Shown here: positions 12,504-26,450 of the stretch, one piece after another
Numbering within the stretch: the stretch's first letter is position 1
Layout of the letters: each line of letters starts with the position of its first letter
Source of the DNA: Octopus sinensis
Lineage: Eukaryota
Reading direction: 5' to 3'
Length of the DNA stretch: 64,000 nucleotides
Assembly (NCBI RefSeq): GCF_006345805.1
Contig: NC_042999.1
Location: 143,406,001-143,470,000 of the forward strand
Notes under the pieces: model-generated
Databases searched by the model: none
What the model was told of the DNA's origin: nothing
What the model saw: the letters and a program-made list of their open reading frames with translations, nothing else
Program-made: the position numbers and the translations under genes

Positions 12504-12906
12504 AGTCAGAGTGACGAGTTACTGTATGGTGCAGAATAGTTGGGCGTTCTACCAATAAGGGAAGCAATGAACCAAACCATGGTTACTGTGCTTACCAGTT
12601 TCTCATTTTATTTTTGTTGCGTTTTATTTTTTCACACTTTATGCATACATTCGTGTGTATGATATATATATATATATAACAACAATAACACTAAACTACT
12701 ACTGCTACTACATGTGTATATGAACTCATACATACTTATGTTTATAGATATACATACGCGTATTTATTCATACACTCATACATATATACAAACAAACATA
12801 CATATGTCTGTGTGTGTTTGTGTATATATATGCATATTGGATATAATAGGTTAAAGGCTAATCTATCTATCTATCTATCTATCTATCTATGTATACACAC
12901 AATATA

Positions 12907-13010
<104 letters not shown>

Positions 13011-13167
13011 GTGTGTGTCTGTGTGTGTTATATTGAGAGACAGGTGAAATAATGTTGATATTTTGTGTGGTATTGTTTTAAAGGTGTTACTGGCAAACAA
13101 CTATGTAAGTGATGCTGGGAATGGTAGTGATATTGCCGTATATATATATGCGCACGCACACACACAA

Positions 13168-13249
<82 letters not shown>

Positions 13250-13425
13250 ACACACCCGTGCATATATACGACACATAGAGGTGCGTGCTTGAATATTGTT
13301 TGTAAATGTATGTATGAGGACGTATTATGCGTATTAGTTCCCTGATCGTAGAGTCTCTATATATTCCTGCTTACCGTTGATTGATGAGTACGTAATACAT
13401 ATATGCCATAAATGCCATAGTTTGC

Positions 13426-13458
<33 letters not shown>

Positions 13459-14372
13459 TGTATGTATGTATGTATGTATGTATGTATGTATGTATGTATG
13501 TTTGGACCGATGGATGGATGACGTATATATACAAATTATATATATAAAACGAAACGTAGAGTAGATGAAACCATAGCGACTGAAGAAGGGGTTTTTTCTT
13601 TGTGTTAATTGTCCTGTACTCTATTTTTTTGTTGTTTAAAAAAATGTCCAGTTCCTTGGGTTTATGTCTATGTTTTCGTTTCTCATTGTGTTCGACGTCT
13701 TTTTGGTGTCCTGTACTCATATATGCGTGTATATGTACATGTAGAGGTAGGTACGTACATATATGTTTATATATACGCATGTTTTATTTATTAATATATA
13801 TATATTATATATATATATATATATGAGATAAATATGAGAGAGCGCGAGAGTAGGGAGGGAATGTGTATGCGTGTGTGCGCGCGTGCGTGCATGTGTGTGT
13901 TTACATCCGCGTACACATCTTTATATATGTATTAAAATGAATATGTATGTGTGTGTATGTGTGTGTGGGCGTGCGCGTGTGTGCATGTGTATTTGTATAC
14001 TCACAGCACATTTGCGCATATGCTATACACAGATATGCATATATATATATGTCAGTGTGTGTGTGCGCGCGTGTGTGTATGTACATACACATACATGTAT
14101 GTATGAACGTATCTATGTATGTATTATTTATGTATTTAAGTATAAAACATATATGAATATAGGCACATGAAAACACAATTTGATTGGTATTTCAAGTAGG
14201 TTAAGTAAACGATTTTTGATAAGTCAGTACTTGCAATACATTTTTGTAGTTCATCATTGATCATTTTTTCTTCTGGCTTGTTTTAGTACGTTTCGTTAAA
14301 ATTTTACATCTTTATTGCTTGTATTATCATAACGTACTACTACTACTACTACTACTACTACTACCGCTGCTG

Positions 14373-14423
<51 letters not shown>

Positions 14424-14934
14424 ATGATGATGCTATTTTATATATATGAAAGCACGATGTTGGGAAAACTTTTTGGGTATCGTTTATTCACCATTACACA
14501 TGTTTCATTTGCTAACAGGAATTACAAAATTATGCATATTGAATAAGCCTGTAAGAAATTTCCTGATAGAAAATCTGTAGACAGAGAATCAAACAATATT
14601 ATAATGTGTTATATGAGATAGAATTACACTATAAACATAATCAATGTAAAAACTAACAGATTACGTATAACAAAATATAAGCACCACACTGAATATCAAC
14701 ATTAAATTTGCCAATAGCATTTCACTACACATAAAAATAATTCAAATTTCACGACACGCATACAATATTTTAGAAAATGAATATCCCCAAATAGTGAGAA
14801 ACTTTAAGGGACAAAAATTATATAAAAAAGAACCACTCGTGGAAATTACCCAAGGCACCTACCACTTTTGGCATATAAAGCGATCTTTTTTCTCATTTCC
14901 TCTTGTCAAACGTAGCTTTGCTTAGAATATGCAG

Positions 14935-15080
14935 TGTAATTGCATGTGGTCTAGGGGTCAACTTGGAAGCAGAGTCAGCTGCTTAACGAGACCGCAGGTC
15001 ACTAGATATAGATACGATAGCCATCAGCGAGACTAGTGTTTTAGATACAAGCCTTTATGTCTGTTTTCAGTGCATGCGAG
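14935..15080 (+). mobile_element. L1/Tx1 APE endonuclease N-terminal fragment
   Basis: Frameshifted peptide resembling NVRGL..WKQSQLLN...DIDTIAISET. Confidence 0.45.
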
Positions 15081-15651
15081 AGTTCCAGGACTCCTCACAG
15101 TGGAAGATGCGCCTGGACCGATGGAGTGTTTCAAATGGTGAATAAGGCGATAAAAGTATAAACATGTAAAAGTGAATAAAATATCGCAAAATTCCGGTTT
15201 CTTTTGGGTATCCCTTCGTGTAAAAGTTATAAAATAAAAACAAAAGTCTTTGGTACATACGTGATGTAAAATGTTTTTGATATAAACATAACATTAAAGT
15301 GTAATATGAAAATATATAACATTGAAAACATACAATAGTACACTGAATGTTTGGGTTTATAGTGATATGAATATACTTTAAATTTAATGTAAAACAAACA
15401 TTTTGGGTACATGCTAATTCTTAGTTAAAGTGAGACGACTCTTTACAGTATGCATGCAGTACTAGTTGTTATTACTTTTTAAATTTCTCAGAAATATGGT
15501 TCTTTTTGGTATGTTGCTAAGTTCGTTACCATACCCATATTTATCACGCCTTTAATGCATCTATGATGGCTTTAAAAGAAAATTAATCTTTTATTCATAT
15601 AGCTGGTGGTATATCAATTAATTTGCAGGTCTTATCTTTATTGTTCTCAAC

Positions 15652-16069
15652 CATGCATCACAACCATATGTGCGCGACATAGTGATCTCATATCAAAATA
15701 AACAGCGCATGACCTTGCAGGTGTTGGTGCTGGGGGCAGTTAGAATTTTCTTCAGGTCGAGTAGCCCATCCCGCTCAAAAGGTATCTGAATAAGGGTCGT
15801 TTAAAGATGTTTAATGAAACATTCATGTTTCCAAAGGTGAATTATTCAAACCTCAAAGAATTCCTCTAAACACATGGCTATGATGCTCCCCCACTACTGC
15901 TTGTGATCAGAGATACACATACCGTCAGCTACTAAGGGACATGATCAACTGGTTACGGTCAAATAACTGACAAGCTAATCTATGGTATTGAGCAGAATAA
16001 TTGCTGTAGCCCATCTTTTATGCTAAAACAAAACAATGTACATGATAACAATTCCAATCAGTTAAGATC
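15652..16069. repeat. Orphan repeat family X, third copy
   Basis: Aligns with 478-792 and 1-300; ends at the ATTATTATTA run shared with the adjacent R4 element. Confidence 0.8.
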
Positions 16070-16079
16070 ATTATTATTA

Positions 16080-17570
16080 GTGTTTCTTCGTAACACAGTG
16101 TAGGTAAAAATTCACCGGAGTCTTTACTCATCTTTCAAGTTAGAACAAGGACCTCAAATAGATAATATTATCTTTATGATATGCACTGTGCCCAATAAGG
16201 TTGCTTTGTGCAAGACATCAATTTTGCATGGGATTTCCATTTGCCTTAAGAAGTCTTGAAGTTTCAATGGGATTGTGCCGAACGTTCCGATCACCACTGA
16301 TATCGCTTTTTACTCTCACGCATTCCATACAGTATTGTAATTTCCACTTTCAATTCGGAGTACTTGGTTTTTTCAACCTCTTTACTCACAACATTCATGT
16401 CATTTGATATGGCTACATCAATGATCTGATAGTATTTGTCTCCGTTTTTCAATATGACAATATCCGGCCGAGGGTGTTCGACTACACGATCCGTCTGAAA
16501 ATCATCGTCCTGGAGTATCGTTACTTTTCCATCCTCCTGCATAACTTTACTTGGTACATGCTCATAACAGTTCTATGCTACTTCATATTGGTATTTACAG
16601 GACAAGAGCCAATGAAGATACACACACACTTTATCGTGGCAGCCCTTGTATTTTTTTTTGTGCAAGGCTTTCACATCCACTTACCAAGTGGGTCACATTT
16701 TCCACACTCTTTCCACAGAGTCTGCATTTCTGGGTGTCAGAAGTTTTATAGATGTTATAGATGTTATACTTCACTGATTTGGTAGCAAGAGCCTGGTCTT
16801 GTGTAGCTTTCGTTGGTGCGCTTCAAATTACCTCTCTCATGCTATGCCCACGATGCCATATTGTCCTTAACGTCCTGTGTATTCCTTTCAAACTGTCCAT
16901 GCATTCTCATCTCAAGAAGGTCTCCTTTCCTCTTCTCCTCAGCTCTTTGGTTAAACTCTTCGCTGCCCATCATTTCATCTGCATTTACACCCATATCTTT
17001 CGCAGCATATTGCAGTAGGTCTTCATCACTATTTATCAAATACTCGGTAAGCGTTTTCCTTTCACTCTTTATACAATGGTCTGTACTAATTAGTCCTCTG
17101 CCACCATTCTTTCTTTTCATATACAGTCTGTTTATGTTTGCTTTAGTGTGTAGCGCCCCATGCGGCGTCATCAACTTTCTTGCCCTTCTATCCAGTGTTG
17201 ATATTTCCTCCTTAGTCCATTTGAGGATGAACGCACTATATCTGACCACCGCAACTGCCCAGATATTCATTGCGGTAATCAAATTTTTGGTATTCAGGTG
17301 GGATTTCAACACCATCTTCACCACTTTTTGATACGCCTCGCTGACCTTGACTTTCATTTCTCTGTGTAGAATGTCATCCGGCTCCAAAATCCTTATATAT
17401 CTATACCAACTAACGCTGGGTTCACTCATGGTCTCTCCTGGTGGTAATCGCAATCCACTGCAGACTGCTTTCTTGCCTTTTTTTATATTAAGCACTGAGC
17501 ATAGTAATAGTAACGGAGAAAACAAGTCACCTAGGAAGATGCTCCTTTTAATATTAATTTTTCCAAGGAA
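16080..17570 (-). mobile_element. 5'-truncated R4/Dong-clade non-LTR retrotransposon (RT, CCHC zinc knuckle, restriction-like endonuclease)
   Basis: Minus frames: KRSIFLGDLFSPLL (RT), AVAVVRYS...LDRRARKLMT.HGALHTKANINRLYMKRKNGGRGL, KCRLCGKSVENVTHLVSGCESLAQKKY...HDKV (CCHC), RPDIVILKN...QIIDVAI...EKTKYSEL (PD-(D/E)xK); short 3' UTR ending in (TAA)n. Confidence 0.9.
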
Positions 17571-17604
17571 TTATAATAATGATAATAATAATAATAATAA
17601 TAAT

Positions 17605-17703
<99 letters not shown>

Positions 17704-17930
17704 GGCAGCGAGCTGGCAGAATCGTTAGCATGCTGAATGAAATGCCAGCAGTATTTTGCCCGTCGCTCAGTTCTGAGTTCTAATTCCACCGAAGTCGACT
17801 TTGCCTTTCATCCTTTCAGGGTCGATTAAATAAGTACCAGTTACGTATTGAGGTCGATGTAATCGACTTAATCCCTTCCCTCAAATTTCAGGCCTTGTGC
17901 CTATAGTAGAAAGGATTATTATTATCATTA
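17704..17930 (+). mobile_element. SINE family A, full length
   Basis: ggcagcgagctggcagaatcgttagc...gtcgactttgcctttcatcc...ggccttgtgcctatagtagaaagg plus (ATT)n. Confidence 0.85.
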
Positions 17931-18249
17931 TTATTGTTGTTGTTGTTGTTGATGGTGTTATTGTTGCTAATTGTAGGGAAGTGGAATGCAAAATAATTTG
18001 CGGTAATTATACCATTAGTGCCAACTATGCTCCGTATCTTTATTCCGGGGCTGTTAAAAATATAGTACTACTCATGTAGAGAGATCGATAAAAAAAGACT
18101 ATATCCTTCCCACTGTAGATAGAAATTGTACGACAGAAAGAAAGATTGGTCCATGGGACTAGTGTTCTTCTCCGTAGATCTGCTCATTCATGACAGAAAT
18201 TAGGACTAAACAACAATGACGAAATATGTAGCACAGGTGAAACCTAATG

Positions 18250-18420
18250 CATCTTAGATCAATCGAAAGCTATTGATTGGGTCAACCCCTAATACTCGAT
18301 GGCTCTTCTCAAAGCAATCCATGTCGGACTCGTCATCATGCCTGGGTAGGCTCAATGCACAGCGTCATCTGCTCGATGGTTAAGGTGAATGACCATCTAA
18401 CGAAATCATTCAGTAGCATG
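18250..18420 (+). mobile_element. L1/Tx1 RT fragment
   Basis: LDQSKAIDWVNP...SMVKVNDHLTKSF (LDQSKAFDRV-type motif). Confidence 0.55.
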
Positions 18421-19110
18421 CACCCGCCTAATGTCCAAGTATTGTTGACTGTGGAGATATGTCGAACAACTGCTATGACATGTAGAACAGATCCGGCTAT
18501 CATCTGAGTCTATTGTAAAGATTTTCTCTGTCAGAAAGATAGTAATTTTACTTCTAATAGTTTTGGCGGAAGACATACCTTCCTCTTTGGCCAGGCCCAC
18601 ATCAATTTCTGGTGAAGAGGGAAGTGCTGCCTCGCACAAATTTGTTGAAAGGTTATTGAGAACTGTGATATAGCCCAAGTGAATAGACATGCGCCTATAG
18701 ATTGATGGAGAACAACTGAGAAAAGAAAAGGTACCTGACTCATTGGTCAGGCTGCCGTGTATTATATATATATATTCTATTTTCTGTGAGTAGCTCTCAG
18801 AAGTCTTTCCCTTTGGATCATTTTCTTAGAATGTTATTTTATCGTTATTTATATTTCTCTTGCTTACAGTTTTCTATGTAATCCCACGCTGTGTTGTCCT
18901 GTACTGTCTTCAATTGTTTCGTAATGTTGGCATACACAAAAAGTAATATTCACATAAATACATACATGGATATATGCATACATACATGCATGCCTGCATG
19001 CATACATACGTACATACATGCATATATATGTATATATGTGTGTGTGTGCATGCGCGCGCACGCACACACACACACACATTAGTATCATTGATGTTGATAC
19101 TTCAGTTGTC

Positions 19111-19166
<56 letters not shown>

Positions 19167-19295
19167 TATCATTATTTTCATTTAGTCTGATAAAATCTCC
19201 ATCTATGTATATCGATTGTGTCTGCGTATGCGGCTATGAATGTCTTCGTATATGTTAGCCTGTCTGTGCATATTGCATACACACACGCACACGCA

Positions 19296-19342
<47 letters not shown>

Positions 19343-20020
19343 TCACACACACACATACACACAGACATATGCTTTTTGTTCTTTTAAGTGCATTATATTA
19401 TGGGTTGGGTATACTATTATTAGTATATATATAAATATATAAATAAATAAATAAATAAATAAATAAATATATGTATGTGCGCGCGCATACATATTGATAC
19501 ATATTGATACACATTGATACATAGATACATAGGTACATGCATATATGTATATATTGAAAGGAAAAGAGAGACAGAGACAGGGACAAGGAGAAAGCGACAT
19601 GTAAGTATGTGTGCGCAGGTCCATTAGTAAGACGGCTTGCAACGAGCTTTAGCATTTTAATGGAAACGAACGGAGGGGAAAAAACTGAATTTTTATACCC
19701 ATTAGAGTCCGAATATGATGAAAAGAAAGCAACGAGTTAATAAACATCCTTGGAAAACTACATAGAACAACAACAGTGTGATATAATGGTAATGTAGTGT
19801 GTATTATGTATCATTGTCTTAATGATTCAATAATCAGGAGATTGTAATTTCTGCCACTTTTAATATTATGGTGATACGGTAGAGGAAGGAAATAGAACTC
19901 TCCCTGCTCCGTACGAACGTCTTACATCTTTTGAAAAAGAAAAGAAAAGGTTGAGTTATGACGTTGTTGAATGGCGCTGCTCTCTTTCGCTTACAACAAC
20001 AACAGCAACAACAACAACTA

Positions 20021-20104
<84 letters not shown>

Positions 20105-20603
20105 ATTTGTTTGTTCTTTGAGTGTTGCTTCTAATACATAGCAACGGCAGACATATTGATTTGCAACATAGGCACAAGACCAACGATTGGCGGGTTGTAG
20201 GTAGTCGATCGAATTGACAGACTCATGCATATCGACTTTGGGTGTGATGCTTATTTTATCCCCATCTTTTGCCGAACTGCTAAGTTAATTCTTTTCCTTT
20301 CACATAAACGGGCGCAACTCAACACACTGAGTTTACATCAGCGTACACACAAAACACACAAACATGCACGCACAAACATGCACAGGCAAAAGCACGCTCA
20401 CGCAAAACAGCACACACGCACACATGCTAACACACACACACACACATGTATATAGGAACACGTACAGGATGAGTTTTTGAAAGTCGTATAAAACTTCTAA
20501 TCACTTGATTGTTTGGCGAACTTATTAACCAAGCAACTATATCTGTATCACACTACTTACTTCATTTTATTGAATCCAGTATATATATATATATATATAA
20601 TAT

Positions 20604-20643
<40 letters not shown>

Positions 20644-20938
20644 ACACATTAAGTACAGGACTCACCAGCGAGAAACACGAGAGTAGAGGACAAAATACCC
20701 ATGAAATACACAATAAGAAAAGGATATCACCAACGAGTGAAAAATACGTAAACACACAACGAGAGACAAGTACGGGACAAAATACCAAAAGAAGTCTAAC
20801 CCCTTCTCAGTTGTCGACTGTTAATTATTCCCAATTTTGAGCTTTCAACGACAAGACAAGAAAACTTCATAAGACAGCAGTATCCAGAAATTTTATAAAT
20901 ATAAAATTTGTGGAGTGTTAGGGCATCGAAAGAACAAT

Positions 20939-21238
20939 CAGCAACAGAGTGGACGTACAGTGTAAACAATCGACGAAGATAAACATTAAGGGTCGTTAGG
21001 CCAAGATGCATTGCAATGGGTAACGCTTGGGGGAAACTTTGAAAGGATCTATCTTTTCTCGACGCGACGTCATTTCTCTCGCCTCCCGACATTTTCCCTC
21101 TTCTACTATTTTCTTCTATTTATTCTATATCCTTTCAAAATTTCCCCCAGGCGTTACCCATTACAATGCGTCTTGGCCTAATGGCCCTTTATGTTTGTCT
21201 TCATTGATTGTTTACTCTGTACGTCCACTCTGTTGCTG
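20939..21238. repeat. Foldback element with 110-bp inverted arms and an 80-bp spacer
   Basis: 20939-21048 is the diverged reverse complement of 21129-21238. Confidence 0.85.
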
Positions 21239-21811
21239 TTGAACAAAACCCACGTCAAAATGTCATAGAAATGTCTCAAGCACTTGGGATCGGTATTGCA
21301 ACGGTCTCACGCAATCAGCAGAAGACTGGTAAGGTGAAAATGCTCGATAAATGGGTACCACATGAGCTCAATGAAAATCAAAAGTTCGGCGTTTTGAAGT
21401 GTGCTCGATGTTCTTTCTGCGAAATACCAATGATACTTTTCTTGACCGAATAGTCACATGTGAGGAAAAGTGGATCCTTTATGATAACCGTAAACGATCA
21501 GCCAAAGTTGCATCAGCAAAAGATTATGGTGACTGTCTAGTGGTCTGCAATTGGTGTTGTTCATTACAGCTTTCTGGAAGCCAATCAGAGCATTACAGCA
21601 GAGGTTTACTGCACTCAACTCGCTGAAATGCATGCTCACTTGCAAAAAACGAGGCCTGCATTGGTGAATCGGCGTGACCAAATTCTGCCCCACGATTATG
21701 CAAAGCCTCATGTTGCAAGAAAGATACTGCAATAACTCACAAACTTGGGATACGAGACTTTACCACATCTTCCATATTCTCCTGATCTTTTACCCCCTGA
21801 CTACCATTTTT
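21239..21811 (+). mobile_element. mariner transposase remnant (internally deleted, frameshifted)
   Basis: EQNPRQ...GKVKMLDKWVPHELNENQK; FLDRIVTCEEKWILYDNRKRS; ILPHDYAKPHV; HLPYSPDLLPPDYHF (WVPHEL and YSPDL motifs). Confidence 0.9.
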
Positions 21812-21831
21812 CTATCCTTACGCCTCCAATA

Positions 21832-22076
21832 TCGTAGTACGGTTGATATTGTCGACGATAGATAAAGAATACACTGTAACAGTGTTATAACAATACAAAA
21901 TAGAAACAACGGCAATAAGAAGCACGTAACGAACCAACATTCAATATTTCCAACGCACTAACTCGAACTGTAAACTGTACCTTGACTAGGAACTGCTGAC
22001 TACGTCAGAACGCTACTATTTCTATGTGGTGGTCCCGTCTATTCTCGTCAGAGGATGTCGTACTCTCGTCACAACA
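21832..22076 (-). mobile_element. Possible solo LTR
   Basis: Minus strand starts TGTTGTGACGAGAGTACG and ends CGTACTACGA (imperfect TG..CA-type inverted ends); weak similarity to the start of the Gypsy LTR at 28869. Confidence 0.35.
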
Positions 22077-22758
22077 GTTATAGTGTTTTTAATACATTTG
22101 GAGAAGTTCATTTGCTTAGATGATGCAGTTTTCGTTTAGTAATGAACATTTGTAAAAAATTGTTTCTCAAAGTGCCTCACCACTCTTTACTGGGAACAGG
22201 AAAAGCAGACTTTTGGAACAGGGAATAGCTGTTCCGTATATGTTGGAATTTCCTCGTTTTTGTCAGGGTTTTCCTTTTTCAACGAGGGGAATAGGTATTT
22301 TAAAGTAAAAAAATTTTAAATCCATGTCTTTTAAATGGTTCTTTACACCCCACTAATCATGGCTTTGGAACAGCAACAATCTCTAAAATTACATATATAT
22401 ATATTTTCATAATTTTCTGGGGTTTTTTTTATCGTATTCTACATACATTTGTACGCATTAGAGTAAAAAAAATCTTACACCTCTTTCCTTCTGCATTGCA
22501 GTCAAACACTGCAAGTGGATGCGTGAGAAAAAAAATTTAAATTTTGAAATGTGTATCTATAAATAGACGTTTTCAGTCATTTATTTACACTTTCTCTGCT
22601 AACTCGTCAAATTCAATTACATGCGATAGATTTTTGAGATTTAAATTTGCTAATTTTCCAAGATTTTAATTCTTGTGAATGAGGATGGTGGGGGAGGGGG
22701 TCACCGAAGTCGAAGTGTGCCGGGGGCGGAATTTTTTTCCTGCGAATGTATATATATG

Positions 22759-22910
22759 CATATATGGGTACTGGACATCACAAAATGTAAGCAACATCAA
22801 GAACGAAAACAAATGAAATACGAAATACGAAAACAACATGACCTACGTATTTCATGTTGTTTTCGTACTTCATTTTATTTACGTTTTGTGACGTTCTGTA
22901 TCCATATATG
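22759..22910. repeat. About 150-bp palindrome
   Basis: Perfect 16-bp inner stem (22826-22841 / 22852-22867) with a 10-nt loop and diverged outer arms. Confidence 0.85.
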
Positions 22911-22964
<54 letters not shown>

Positions 22965-23055
22965 TAATGCATATATATATATATGTACATTTATGTATAT
23001 ATATATATGCATATATATAAATATAATTTATATTATATATATATATGTATGTATG

Positions 23056-23104
<49 letters not shown>

Positions 23105-23127
23105 CATACATATATATACATATATAT

Positions 23128-23169
<42 letters not shown>

Positions 23170-23189
23170 ATATAATATATATATATATA

Positions 23190-23375
23190 GGGGGAGAATT
23201 CACAAATAAAATACAAAAGAAGAAGACAGGTGGTGTAGACAACAAACAGATGTATTAGTATAACGCTCGGGAAGTGAACAAGTCTTTAACGTTTCAAGCC
23301 TACGCTCTTCCACAGAAAAGAACACAGAAAGAAACAAGGATAGAAAATAAAGAATGTGTAGTGGCTAGCGATTTT
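23190..23375 (-). mobile_element. Isolated PLE terminal segment with variant hammerhead-like core (23262-23315)
   Basis: Same family as 36133-36320 (ggagaattcacaaa...gtattagt.taacgctcgggaagtg...aacgtttc.agcctacgctcttc.acag). Confidence 0.7.
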
Positions 23376-23381
23376 CATGGC

Positions 23382-23450
<69 letters not shown>

Positions 23451-24379
23451 AATTAATAATAGAAGGGTAAAATTTCTTAATTAAATTAATTAATTAATTA
23501 ATCAATTAATTAACAATTTTACCAAGTAGATTTATTTTAAGCTTATATATATATACATATATATATCTTGTCAGAAGGAACGGTATCGAATATCGTTCTC
23601 GTCGTTACTATTCTATCTTTTGTTGGTATTCCCTCATCAAGTCACCTTATCAGATCTCACACTAATCTCATGATGACGGTCCTTTGGAATTCCCTCTTTC
23701 ACAGATGTTGACTTGTAAAGGTTTTAAGAGCAGCGTTAATGATTTCAATGTCACTACTCTGAGAAGGTCAAAGTCACTATCTCATTCTTCAGACCCAGCA
23801 TATAAAAGATAAAATTGTAAATAATTGTGCTTATGTAGCTTTTCGTTTGCTATAATTTTTGCTATATGTGTTACTACATAAATTACAGAATATGGTTTGT
23901 GATTATAGCTACCGCAATTTACATTTTGTTTTTATATTTTGAAAAAATACTTTAATCCGCGACTAATTATATTTTACATTTGACTTTATTCCCCGGTTGA
24001 AAAAAGTTTTCTTATTCTGCTTTTGTGTTATTTTATGTATATTGTTGTTATGCTTTATTTCTGCTTGGTATTTATTCTTTCTAATTGAGTGCAATGCTAT
24101 AAAACTCAGCAGAACGTAACGATTGAAGTTTTTAAAAAGCAATAAAATCAACACAAAATGTTTAATAGTAGATGACTATGCAGAACTTGACTTCGGATCA
24201 TGCCAGTTGTTGTTTTTGTTGCGGCTGTTATTGTTGTTGTTGCCGTTTGGGTCAAGTGAGGCCTGGTGGAATAGTTATCTGATCAAGGTCATTCCAACTA
24301 CGATTTTCCCCATCTATTTTCAAAAACAGACTATCTTGAAATATAACAATATATATATATATATATATATTATATATGC

Positions 24380-24425
<46 letters not shown>

Positions 24426-25646
24426 TATATATATGCACAGAGTGATAGAGTGGGATGTTGGAGGAATAATGACGGGGAGGTAGTGAGTGTTTTATTTAAG
24501 CTTTTGTATTATATGATTGCAAAAACATATAAAAAATATATTGATGATGACAGTGATGTGGAAAAGGTGAAGCGGACGGTAGATGTGTACTATTGTTGTT
24601 GTTATTACTACTGTATTAGCTATGTGATGGTGATACTGGTGGAGACAAACAGCTGATTGGAATGATTGAAATTGACGGAGTAGGTGCAGCTGAGACTGCT
24701 ACAGAAAGTAATATTGATATTGCTGGCAATGATAATATTGATGGTACCATTGTTTAGGACCAAGTCGGCTCTCATGGACAAAACGCATTCCGGCTGTGAC
24801 GGTTTCACCATTTTCTTTCGAGAAGGTACATTTTTCAGAGTGTTGTTCTTCCTCGTTTTGAAGATGATAGTGTATATGATCTGAGGTCGATTTGGTTGCT
24901 ATTTATAGCAGGTCGTGCTTGTGTTTGTAGTACTGATGTTAATGTTTGTAGTGGTGCTGGTGGCTGTGATGTTGTTGCTGCTGCTGCTGCTGCTGTTGGA
25001 GTTGTTTAATCCCAGGTCAGCTCTGATCGAGCAGGCATCTAATTGAAAGCATTACCTTTTTGAACATCTCATTTTTTATTCAGTCACAGTTTATCTAAGA
25101 TTATATTAAGCAATGTGTCCCTCACCAGAAAGACTGCGGAGTATAATTTGAGGAAGATTTGGCTGCTATTTCTCGCAAGATGAGCTCCCGCGTGCGGGCT
25201 TCCACTTGACTCATTGCGTTGGTAGGGTAGCGGTGTTGATGTAGTATAGGTGATGTAGCGGTGGTGTTGCGATGGTAGTGGTGTTGTGGCGATCGTAGTG
25301 GTGTTTGCGTGTTGGTAAGGTTAATGCAATAGTGATGTTGGGGGTGCCGGTGTTATCGCAGTACGTGCCGTAATTAACAATATTGCTTTTTAGTTATTAA
25401 TTAGCAAAGCAGATTCAGTTTTCCCTCTTCCTTTCCCTTGTCGTTACTGGGCCCTGTCCCCTTAATTACACATTCGATGCTCTGTCTGATCTGCTTCGTT
25501 GCCTGTCTTTATGAACATACACATACGTATACATGAATGCTTTTATACGTATATGCATATGACTATAATGAGTGAGTGTGCGCGTGCGTACGTATGTGTG
25601 TATGCGTCCACGCGCGCGTGTATAGCGTGTGTATATATATATACCT

Positions 25647-25705
<59 letters not shown>

Positions 25706-25784
25706 AAACAGACAAAGAATGAGATAGATAAACACATAATTACACACACACACACACAAACATACATACATATATTCCTGTGTG

Positions 25785-25827
<43 letters not shown>

Positions 25828-25929
25828 AGCAGATATTCGAATTTTTATTGACACGGTATACACACTCGTACGCCACAATACACATACCCCTACACACACA
25901 TAATTGCATCAATATGCAATTGTGTAAAT

Positions 25930-26013
25930 ATGCATACATTTTTACATAGCATCATACAATACATACATACATACACACACATACATACATACATACATAC
26001 ATACATACATACA

Positions 26014-26047
<34 letters not shown>

Positions 26048-26229
26048 CATACATACATGCATACATATATACATGCATGCATGCATGCATACATGCATAC
26101 ATACTTACATGCATACATGCATACATACATACATACATACATACATTCATACATACATACTTACATACATACATACATAATACATACATACATACGTACG
26201 TACGTACGTACGTACATACATACATACAT

Positions 26230-26262
<33 letters not shown>

Positions 26263-26450
26263 TACATACATACATACATACATACATACATACATACATA
26301 CATACATACATACACATACATACATACATATATACATACATACATACATATATACATACATACATACATACATACATACATTCATACATACATACATACA
26401 TTCATACATACATACATACATACATACATACATACATACATACATACACA
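25930..26450. repeat. Long (CATA)n microsatellite
   Basis: Directly visible; source of the HTYI/MYVC ORFs. Confidence 0.95.

Noticed and set aside
18406-18690. CSTCHSSC resembling a furin-like Cys repeat
   Set aside because: Single incomplete motif, no convincing splice sites, and it adjoins decayed Tx1 sequence.
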